Shown: one piece after another, positions 1 through 10,772 of the stretch
Layout of the letters: each line of letters opens with the position of its first letter
Numbering within the stretch: position 1 is the first letter of the stretch
Source of the DNA: Octopus sinensis
Lineage: Eukaryota
NCBI RefSeq assembly: GCF_006345805.1
Contig: NC_043001.1
Location: 58,838,001 to 58,902,000 of the forward strand
Length of the DNA stretch: 64,000 nt
Direction: 5' to 3'
Made by a program: the position numbers and the translations under genes
Notes under the pieces: model-generated
What the model was told of the DNA's origin: nothing
Database searches by the model: none
The model's input: only the letters and a program-made list of their open reading frames with translations

Positions 1-112
1 TTTAAATGGGTTTTTTATGAGTCATTTATAAATGGATTTTTAATGATTTTCTATATATATGCTTGTGCTTACTCTTAACTATTTTCTTTCTAGATAATAC
101 TATTATTCAAAA

Positions 113-680
113 TTGCTATCCACAGCTGTTATGACAATGTTGACAACTGAACAATACCAAGTGATTTTCTTGTACGAATATAAATTGGGTCACTCTGCAA
201 CAGAAGTTGTACGAAACATCAAGCGGGATTTTGGTAACGATTCTGTTCACATTAGAACTGTTCAGAGAGTGTTCCAAAGAGTTCGTTCAGAAAATGAAAA
301 CCTTAGAAATGAACCAAGGAGTAGTCCAAAATCAACTATTTCGCATGATGAATGGAGTGTTTTGGTTAAACGAAATCCGAGAACAACTGTCCAAGAAATC
401 GGATCATAGCTCCAGACATCTCCCGCAGCTGCTTCTCGACACTTGAAGAGAATTGGAAGTGTCGAAAAAATGGATAGGTTTGTTCCCCATCAACTAAATG
501 AGATTCAAAGAAGCAGACGCATTACAGTGTGTTCCATGTTGATTTCTTGGGTGGAAAGTGAACCATTTTTGTATCGACTCATTGTGTGTGATGAGAAAGG
601 GATACTTTTTAATAACAGCAGGAAGACAGGGCAGTGGTTAGATAGAGGAGAGTCACTAAAACACTACCCAAAATCCCCAA
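113..680 (+). mobile_element. Mariner transposase remnant, frameshifted and 3'-truncated
   Basis: ORF 113..409 resembles the mariner HTH region (IFLYEYKLGHSATEVVRNI...EPRSSP). ORF 443..757 has FVPHQL (WVPHEL motif) and RLIVCDEKGILFNN (first catalytic Asp). Confidence 0.9.
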
Positions 681-849
681 TGCGACATTTCATGGAAGAC
701 AATCTAATAGTTCGGGCTAATAGAACGGACAAATTAATGAAGACGAATACTAAGTAGCTAAGACCTACATATCTGGCAGGAATATATATATATATATATA
801 TACATACATATATATTATATATATATATATATATTATATATATATATAT

Positions 850-955
850 TGACAATATCAACATTAGCAGATAATTTAGATAATCTAAATGAAATATTCT
901 TAACTCAGTTCTTAGTAATTGCTCCAGGATGATTACTAAATTTGCTAATGTACTT
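850..955 (-). mobile_element. Inverted segment of the Penelope-like ORF
   Basis: Minus strand reads KYISKFSNHPGAITKN*VKNISFRLSKLSANVDI. Bases 854-876 are the exact reverse complement of 1169-1191, where the ORF continues on +. Confidence 0.7.
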
Positions 956-1104
956 AAAGAATTTCTATCCATTACTCAACATTTAGGGATAGAAATAAAC
1001 GTAATATTACCGGTCTCAGCAAACTGATTTGGGGTTTAAAAGACCACAATGAACAATTTCATTTAGAATGGTTGATTCTCTCAATTTCGATACCATATGA
1101 CAAA
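956..1104 (+). repeat. 149-bp direct copy of the PLE GIY-YIG region (pseudo-LTR-like)
   Basis: Matches 1868-2016 with 3 substitutions. Confidence 0.9.
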
Positions 1105-1168
1105 TTAACTAAACTATTCTTAACTTTTTGTACCTTTTGGTTGGAAACATTTTGGAGGTAAAGTAAAC

Positions 1169-2449
1169 AATTATCTGCTAATGTTGATATTTTCAATAAT
1201 AACGCCGAATTCTATAACTCTGCCTTAATTAAAGCAGGTTATACAGAGAAAACTTTCTACATTGATTCTGCTCAGTCTAATTGTAAATTCAATAATGTTG
1301 ATAAGGTTTCTCGTCGTAAAAGAATTATTGATAACAAACATAACTTACGCACCGATACAAAGCGAATGAAGGCAGATAACTCTTATTTAATACCCTATTA
1401 TCGATCTAAAAGTAAATATAACACCTTCAAAAGCAATTACGTTATGAATACTAGTAAAAATATTTGGTTAATAATTCCTTACGGGAAACAAATTAAATCT
1501 AATCTCCCACTGCTGTTTCGTCAAGCTATTGCTAGGAATTTTCCAAACAATTCTAGATACTATATTATCAATTCACATAAGGTTAGGATAGGTTTTTCAA
1601 ACACAAAAAATCTCTTGCAAATTATCTCTTCACATAATAACAAACTGTTAAATATTAATACATTTACTAATACTAACATTAAATTAGCTAATAACACCCA
1701 ACCCTCTAGAAATATTAATAACAAGGTTATTGTATCTGAAGTCAATTATAATAGAATTAAGTTTATGTCAAGTAACTCTAAGATTAAAAATTCTATATAC
1801 CAGTGTATAATCAGTACTCGTAATAAAGTACGATTTTACATTGGAAGCACATCGTTAGAGTTATCTAAAAGAATTTCTATCCATTACTCAACATTTAGGG
1901 ATAGAAATAAACGTAATAGTACCGGTCTCAGCAAACTGATTTGGGATTTAAAAGACCACAATGAACAATTTCATTTAGAATGATTGATTCTCTCAATTTC
2001 GATACCATATGACAAAGGCAAGGAATTATGTCTTCTCTGCAATTCTGAGCTATTTTTCATTATTTTTTCTAAACAATACTCTAGTAAACACGGTTATAGA
2101 ACGAGCATTGGCAAAAACATACATTTAGTGAATATAAGCAGTCTCTATCATTATATATAATTTAAACTTTAATTTCCTTTATATTTAACATTCACTATTG
2201 GCAACCTATGACGTTATATCATATAACGTTTTTTTAAACAATATTAATAGCGTTCTGTCTATCGCTATACAAATCCATCATTTTTTGCTAAAATGTCTTA
2301 TTGACGAGTTTCGCTTTTTTCACTTTCCTGAGGAGAAGATTGCATTGTTTATACCATTTATTCTTTTGAATAGTATCAGTGGAATTTTCGAAACGTGTGT
2401 CGAAAGTAAAGATATTTGATTTACACTTGCGTTAAACTCCATTTATTTA

Positions 2450-2460
<11 letters not shown>
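1169..2460 (+). mobile_element. Penelope-like element, 3' part (end of RT, linker, GIY-YIG endonuclease, 3' terminus)
   Basis: ORF 1366..1983 has PLE-type motifs KNIWLIIPYGKQIKSN, KVRIGFSNTKNLLQIISSHNNKLL and FYIGSTSLELSKRISIHYSTF...STGLSKLIWDLKD. Reading continues past the TGA at 1981 as LILSISIPYDKGKELCLLCNSE. Confidence 0.9.
2322..2407 (+). ncRNA. Type I hammerhead ribozyme at the PLE 3' end
   Basis: Stem I ACTTTC(2322-2327)/GAAAGT(2402-2407); core CTGAGGA(2328-2334); G-C-closed stem II GAAGATT/AATTTTC; GAAAC(2390-2394), loop GTGT, GTC cleavage triplet (2399-2401). Confidence 0.75.
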
Positions 2461-2492
<32 letters not shown>

Positions 2493-2551
2493 ATATGTTA
2501 CATTACTCAATAGTCAAGATAAAACTCCGAGTTTCAGATGCCGAAGTGGAA

Positions 2552-2954
<403 letters not shown>

Positions 2955-3104
2955 GTGTGTGTGTTTCCCTTGTTTACAATTAACACGGAAAAAATAGATA
3001 AATAGTTACCAGGGTAGTATAAACTCACACAAGTATAAAGGGCGTAACTCCTTGTTTTCAAAGGTAGAAACTCCGTATTTATGTAAAATATTTTGTATAA
3101 TATA

Positions 3105-3295
3105 TATAAATAAACAACTGGAGTTAAACGCATGTGTAATTCAAATTCTTTTACTTTCGACACATGTTTCGAAGTTATTATTGGTAATATTCCAAAGGAA
3201 TAAAATGGTGTAAAACAATGTTGTCTTTTCTTCAGGGAAATGAAGAAATAAAACTCGCCAATAAGACATTTTAACAGAATATGATGGAAATGTAA
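3105..3295 (-). mobile_element. Second, diverged PLE terminus with degenerate hammerhead
   Basis: Reverse complement aligns with ~2273-2460. Retains CTGAAGA...GAAACATGTGTC-GAAAGT, but stems I and II are damaged. Confidence 0.65.
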
Positions 3296-3311
3296 AGTGA
3301 TGAACTGAACC

Positions 3312-4363
3312 GATTTGACGTCTATATCTAGCATATTGTGGTTTTTTTAGTGGTCAGTTCTTTAAAGTTTGTATGTAAAAAATATTTTAATCTTCGGATA
3401 TTTTTAATATGCTACGTTGAATTCTATGCATGTGGGATTCCGGTCAAGCGTTATGTATCTAGTTCTGGAAATTATGTTTGTATACGACAGACTATGCTGA
3501 AGAGCTTTCAGATTTTCGCATATGCATATACATGAATATTAACAAGTGAAACTAGTCGGTACATAGGTAATCGTTTTTATTTCGTATGTTTTCATTTGTC
3601 TTGCTTATTTTTTACACTTTGGTTTTGTGCTGAGTTTTTTTTTTTCTTTTGAGAACAGATTCTTCGAGTAAAATAGCGATTTTGACGTCTATATTTAGCA
3701 TATTGACCAACCACTTTTAGTGGTTAGTCTTTTAAATTTTGTATGTAAAAAAATCTTAATCTTCGGATTTTTTTTAATATGCTAGGCCACTGGTTTTAAT
3801 TGATTAATATCAATTTCTACCCTTATTCAATTTTAAATGATAAAAAAATGTTCTCTAACCGGTAAATTGATTGCTGTAATTTATTAACTGCAGGGTAGAT
3901 TTCCAATCTCAGCGCGCCAAAGTGAAGGCATTTGAAAGATACACATAAATATAATTTGCTGAACTCTATGCATGCTGGACTCCGGTCAAGCGTTATGTAT
4001 CTAGTTCTGGGAATTATGTTTGTATACGACAGACTATGCTGATGTGCTTGCAGATTTTTGCGTATGCATATACCTGAATATTAACAAGTGAAACTAATCG
4101 GTACATAGGTAATCGTTTTTATTTCGTATATTTTCATTTGTCTTGCTTATTCTTTAAACTTTGGTTTTGTGCTGAGTTTTTTATTGAGAACAGATTCTTC
4201 GTGGAAAATAGCGATTTTGACGTCTATATTTAGCATATTGACCGTCCACTTTTAGTGGTCAGTCCTTAAAATTTTGAATGTAAAAATTATTTTAATCTTC
4301 GGATTTTTTCAATATGTTAGGCCGCTGGTTTCAATTGATCAATATCAATTTCTACCCATATTC

Positions 4364-4370
<7 letters not shown>
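3312..4370. repeat. Tandem direct duplication (about 2.3 units of ~400 bp)
   Basis: 3417-3838 aligns with 3960-4370; 3312-3413 matches the distal part of each unit. Confidence 0.9.
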
Positions 4371-4422
<52 letters not shown>

Positions 4423-4461
4423 TATACATATATATATATATATATACATACATATATCTAT

Positions 4462-4504
<43 letters not shown>

Positions 4505-4568
4505 CATAACACCACCCGGTCTAGATTGTGAGTGCAACACTCTAACCACTAGGCCATGCGTCCGTCCT
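4505..4568 (-). mobile_element. Short tRNA-derived SINE head remnant
   Basis: Minus strand GCATGGCCTAGTGGTTAGAGTGTTGCACTCAC is A-box-like; the T-arm is missing. Confidence 0.5.
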
Positions 4569-6645
4569 CAAATACACACACACACACACGTGCATGCAAC
4601 ACCTATGGATTTTTCAACAATTCAATATGTTTGTGTAAGGAGTAGAATGCAGAAAAATAGATGTGAATAAAATGAACTGACAATGCATACGCTGAGTACC
4701 AGCAAGGTGTGGACAATCGGACCATCTTAATATGCAAAAAGTTACATCTGATACAGTTTCGGATAGAAAATCAATATTCAAATTCTGTCTACTCAATGGA
4801 TGAAACATAGTAACGATTAGTTTCAGAATTAAATGAAAGATTGTTTAATTTTTATATGCAGAATCAACTTTTGGTTCAGTTTTCATTTTACAGTGGGTGT
4901 TAAATCTACAAAATGGACCAAAATGTCATGTTAACTGGCAAATTATGTGTAAGCTTAGCCCGTTGACTATCGTAGTTTTCTATCCAACGCCATATGTACA
5001 TGGAATAGCATGTAGTGTAATGGACATTAATTCAGCAATCGAATATTTCTATTTGACTTCGTTCGTTTATGTTTTATATATGGCGTGTTATTTCGTATCC
5101 CTAAGTTTCCTTCTGTTCATGCGTTGTCCCAAGTAAACAATGATGTAGTAAATATCTTAACCAAGACATTATATTCATAACCAAATCTGTTTGTTTCTGT
5201 TGGAGACTACATTATTCAATGTATTTTACTATAATTTACACTTTGATGTGAGATTCGACAAAGTTTGATTGCAAATCTAATAAAATTAAAAGTAGATTTT
5301 TCTAGCCGAAATAGTGCGAAATATAATTCTTATTTTGTCAATTACAGAAAGACCGCTATAATACATAAGTCTACGTAGCACAATATATCTTGTTACATTA
5401 CATATATATGAGACAAAAATGAGCAGTTTTGGTAATCTGATCTGAATACAATGGAGAATATACTACATGGATAGAAAAATGACAACTTCTAAATACTAAC
5501 AAAGACCCAGATATGCTGTCATTGTGACTGACTCAAGAATCTACATGTGTACAGAAGAAGCCTAGTTTATGTAGAGAGCAAAAGCCTTCGCGATTCAAAA
5601 CAATATCATATACTATTCTCTACAGCATGTGAATGTGAAGTAGTCTGTATTTCGAACATGTAAAAGATGGAACCCTATTCTTTGTTTGACTACCTACGTG
5701 TCGTATACAATTAAAAGAGACATAGCTACAACATGGTGACAGCAACAAAACAACAGCAATAACTATATTTTACTCAAAATCTCAAAAACGACTAGCTTAT
5801 ACATCTTTCTATAAAATCCTAATCAATGGTAATTTTCTGGCTAGATGTACACATCCAAGATTTTGAAAAATAGAAGGAACTAGTTAACCAAGCAGATTGA
5901 TTGTTCCACTAAACTTAAAATAAAATTTGAATTCCAAGCAGCATGTCTTTATGAAAGATTTGCACGTTTCAAGTGTTACTTCTAATAAAAGTTTACATAC
6001 AATAGAACTATATTGATTGTCCAAGCAAAAGTGCAAACGCAAAATCAATAAACTATTAGATATATCAAAACATCTAACTAATGCGTAATTATCAAAGTAA
6101 GAATGTAATAAATAGCAATCATACAAGACATTATTAAAATGTATACATATGGAGCCGATTGATAAACAGTATAACAAGTATTGGATAAAATATGGGATAA
6201 AATAATTCCGTACCAGTAATAGATAAATGTATAATATTAATAGTAAATTATGCAGAATTATCTATACTTTCTCGAGAATGCGTTTTAATGCATGATATTC
6301 ACATCCATTTTTGATATTATGTATAATAATATAAAGTGATAGCAACAGAAAGCAGTAAACGAATAGTAAGAAACAAAACGGAATTAAAGAATATATAACT
6401 ATGGAGTTCTAGAGCTTACAAAGTATGAATGAATAATGGAGATAGATTGAGGAAAAAGTTATTTTCTGACATAGTTTAGGATTTAAAGTAATTCGTGCTT
6501 TCCAGTGTATTGAGAAATAGTCTTAATCGAAATGTACTGGAAAATAATACCTGCACAACATCTATTTTAATGATTTATTAAAATTAGAATAAGTGAAGGA
6601 AGCCATATTAAAGGCAATCACAAATAGCAGTAAAGAGAGTAAGAG

Positions 6646-6731
<86 letters not shown>

Positions 6732-6788
6732 TATATGCATGTATATATGTGTAGATATATATATGTATATATGTATATATTATATATA

Positions 6789-6836
<48 letters not shown>

Positions 6837-7363
6837 AGATTGTATAAGTGAATGACGTTAAAAGACAGATTAGAAAATAATATTTTCTTTGCACGTGGAA
6901 ACGGATGCGCCTGAAATTATATGTATATGAATATATATTTGCGTGCTATAAGCTTAGAGAGTGTGTGCGGTAGGATGCCGTCTTTCTAAATGGAAACTAT
7001 CAATTTAGTGTTTACTTACCGCGTTCATAGCAACTTACGTTAACAGTGTTTAGATCTAGCGGGAACTTGTTACACACACTTTGACAAAGTGCCTCTAGAT
7101 GTAGACCGTTTGTCTCTGATGCCATTACGACATCAAAGTAAGGTGCACAGTATTTATTCCAGGCATATTAGACAAATCCAGTACCAATCAAAGAACAAAT
7201 ACTTTATATAAGCTGTGATGTCTAAGCCCCCCCACAGAACAATTTCACAATGTAACCTTATCGTTAAAGACTGTCTGGAGATGTTTTTGGTTTGTCATTA
7301 TTGCAAAGAGGAAAATTTCTGTTTTAAGCCTTTCCGTTAAAGACATATACGCTTATACAATAT

Positions 7364-7530
7364 TTCTTCTTCTTCTTCTTCTTCTTCTTCTTCTTCTTCT
7401 TCTTCTTCTTCTTCTTCTTCTTCTTCTTCTTCTTCTTCTTTTCTTCTTCTTCTTCTTCTTCTTCTTCTTCTTCTTCTTCTTCTTCTTCTTCTTCTTCTTT
7501 TCTTCTTCTTCTTCTTCTTCTTCTTCTTCT
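7364..7530. repeat. (TTC)n tract, followed by compound triplet repeats to ~7810
   Basis: Directly visible. Confidence 0.98.
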
Positions 7531-7731
7531 AATTATTATCATTGTTGTTTTTGTTATTATTAGTAACTTCGTCATTGTCGTTACCATCATCATCATCGTC
7601 GTCGTCGTCGTCGTCATCATCTACATCTTCATTACTATCATCATTATTTTTATCATTGCTGCTTTTGTTCTTGCGGTTCGTTGTATTATATTTTCCAATT
7701 TATTTTCATTATTATTGAAAAATAAAAGAAA

Positions 7732-7768
<37 letters not shown>

Positions 7769-9121
7769 TATTATTATTACTGTCAATATTAGTAATAAGA
7801 ACAATAATAATATCAATAATTATGCACACTCTAAAAGCGGTTTAGAATTTCAATCATATTTGCATCCATACCACTATAAATTTATATGCCATTACACACG
7901 TATAGTGAGCAAAATCTTAATTCTTTGTTGCTATATAAAGAAGATTGGTTGCAAAGTTTGTTTGAAGCCAGAAAAGTTATTATCTATTTTTGTGTATATA
8001 CCTATATGGCTATTTTTGCTTCAGATTTTCTCCAAATTCAGTAATATCAAAAGGCACTTTTAGACATCAGAGATTGCTATAATGATTAAAAGTAGATAAA
8101 ATTGGAAAAGAATGTTAATAGATTAAAATAAATTTCAAGATATAATTCCATAAACACGCACACATACAGACAGAAAGCATAAGTGAATGTACTGATGTGG
8201 TAATTTGATTCTATGTGTTAGTTTCACTAAACGAGATAGTTCTAAGTGTATGGATACTGTTTCACCTCCTGTTATGAAAATAGGACTGAGGCTGATCGAT
8301 TCGACACTGAGCTGAGCTACTGGCTTAAGCGACAGTTTGCAGCGTTGAAAATGACCACCAAGACAGAGTTCATATGTTGCTTAAAGTGGGAAAAGGGATA
8401 TATTTTTCTTGTATACACACACGGGACTTACTCAATGTAGACCTTCAAATCTGCATATGTTTGCAGTTAGTCATGCATGCAAATTTAATCCCCACCCACA
8501 CACACGCACGAAGGTTATGCAATGAAAAGGCCATAGACATGAGCCAATGCAGCTTCGCACCGCAATGAAAAGTAGTAGAAAATATACCGCAAATCATCCC
8601 GTTGTTGATAATTTTTCATATATTTTATGGTGCTGTATAAAATATCACATATTCCCGAGATTATGTGTAAAGACGGAGAAATGTATTGGTAAATTACAAG
8701 CTTGCATTTTGTTGATATATTTAGTTCGCAATTATTTTTGAATTCGTATACTATTCTCAACAGATTTATTTTATTGGTCAGCTCATGTAATTCGTCAACG
8801 TAGCTCTTATAATGATGCAGCAATGTTTGGAAACAATTTTCACTTTAACGCTGGCTTTTTCGTAACCGTGAGCCTGAGCAGAGAATTTCTCGATAGAATC
8901 AAGGGTATCACAAGCAAATTGACTATGCAGGCCTACATTAACTACCTGAAAAACATTTTAGGCTATATATAATCATAGTCTGGTACTATTTATGTAATTT
9001 CCATGCTATAAATCATAGCGAAAAACATTTTCCATCCACAGTGAATTATATTTCACAGCCTGAGTGTAATTACGTGTCTATCCTTATCCATACATATAGA
9101 TAAATAAACATCTATGTGTAT

Positions 9122-9536
9122 TTTATTTTTTACTCGTTTCAATAATTTCACTTCGGCCATGCTGGAGCAGTGCCTTTAATCGAACAACTCCACCACAGAA
9201 CTTATACTTTATAAGCCTAGTACTTATATTATCGTCTCTTTTACCGAACCACTAAGGTACGGCGGCGTACACACACCAACTTCGGTTGTCAAGCAATGGT
9301 AGGGGGACAAATATAGACACACAAAGACACGCACAGGCACATACATACACACATCACACACACACACATGTATATATATACGACGTGCTCCTTTCAGTTT
9401 CCGTCTAATCTACTCACAAGTCTTTGGTTGGCCCGAGGCTATAGCTGAAGGCATTTGCCCAAGATACCACGCAGTGGGACTGAACCCGGAACCATAGAAC
9501 TGGGAAGCAAGCTTCTTACAAGACACACACTCCTGG
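9122..9536 (-). mobile_element. tRNA-derived SINE with CORE-like domain and internal (TA)/(TG) repeat
   Basis: Minus strand head with GGTTCCGGGTTCAGTCCCACTGCGTGG, then TTGGGCAAATGCC; 3' part ...CCAGCATGGCCGAAG... is shared with the copies at 27085 and 59340. Confidence 0.8.
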
Positions 9537-9539
9537 CAT

Positions 9540-9597
<58 letters not shown>

Positions 9598-10014
9598 ACT
9601 TATATTTATGTTTATATATATATATATATAATATATATATATATATAATATATATATATATTATATATATATATATGATGTATATCTACAGGGTAGAGCA
9701 GAGAGGTCGGACGTTTTTGAAAAATTCACTACATCATTAATTTTAGCTGCAAACAAATTTTATTGACATCAATGTGTTCGCATGGAATTAGCACTTGTCA
9801 ATATCAAGTATGAAAAACGACATCAATCATGTCGTGTCCGTTTTAATTGATGCATTTCTGAAGGCGCTCTTCCAAGTTGGCCTCCACTCACTCCAGCGTT
9901 GCTCTGTCGATTTGGGCGACTTCCACGCGAATACCTTCCTTCAAATCGTCCAATGTACGGGTTTTATGCGCATACACACATGCCTTCAGGTTTCCCCACA
10001 AGAAATAAATCGTA

Positions 10015-10175
10015 TATTATTTACATTGACGGATATTTGTTCTCATCTTGTTTGTTGTTAACACAACGTTTCACCTGGTATACCCTCCTACCTTCATCAG
10101 GTGTCTTGGAAAAATTTCGAACATTGGTTCTCATTCCTAACTTATTTTTCGATGTTGTTGTTGTTGTTGTTACTA
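10015..10175 (-). mobile_element. Hammerhead-bearing repeat, 3' portion (copy 1; ribozyme motif 10060-10105)
   Basis: Minus strand GACAC CTGATGA A...GAAAC GTT GTGTT; homologous to 28300-28450 and 45500-45676. Confidence 0.75.
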
Positions 10176-10222
10176 CTACTATTATTATTATTATTATGAT
10201 TATTATTATTATTATTATTATT

Positions 10223-10772
10223 GAGTGAGAGAGCAGTTCATGCCATCAAAGTGACACTGGGGTAAAATATACGAAGCCCAATACACCCATCATGACTACC
10301 CGTCTGATAAAGGTACACCAGGCACATGCATCACAACCATATGTGCGCGACATGGTGATCTCATATCAAGATAAACAACACATGACCTTGCAGGTGGGGC
10401 CCAGTTAGAATTTTCTTCAGGTTGAGTAGCCCATCCTGCTCAAACGGTCCCTGAATAAGGGTTGCTTTAGGATGTTGAACGAAACACCTATGTTTCCAGA
10501 GGTGAACCATTCAAACTCCAAAGAATCCCTCTCAACACATGGCCATGATGCTCCCCCACTACTTCTGCTCGTGATCAGAGATGCACATATCGTCAGCCAC
10601 TAAGGGACATGCTCAACTGGTTAAGGTCAAACAACTGACAAGCAAACCTGTGGTATTGAGCAGAATATTTGCTGTAGCCCATCTTTTATACCAAGACAAA
10701 ACAATGTACATGATAACACTTCCAGTCAGTTAAGATCAGAAGCCATGAGAGCCACTGCCTGGTACTGCATCA
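10223..10772 (-). mobile_element. ~550-bp (AAT)n-associated non-coding element, copy 1
   Basis: Aligns end to end with 17380-17915 and 38207-38760, and more loosely with 35050-35535. Strand is inferred. Confidence 0.85.

Noticed and set aside
10223-10772. HDV-like or hammerhead ribozyme at the 5' end of the 550-bp element (GCCCTGATGCAG)
   Set aside because: The core is CTGATGC rather than CTGANGA, and no P1/P2 pseudoknot pairing was found.
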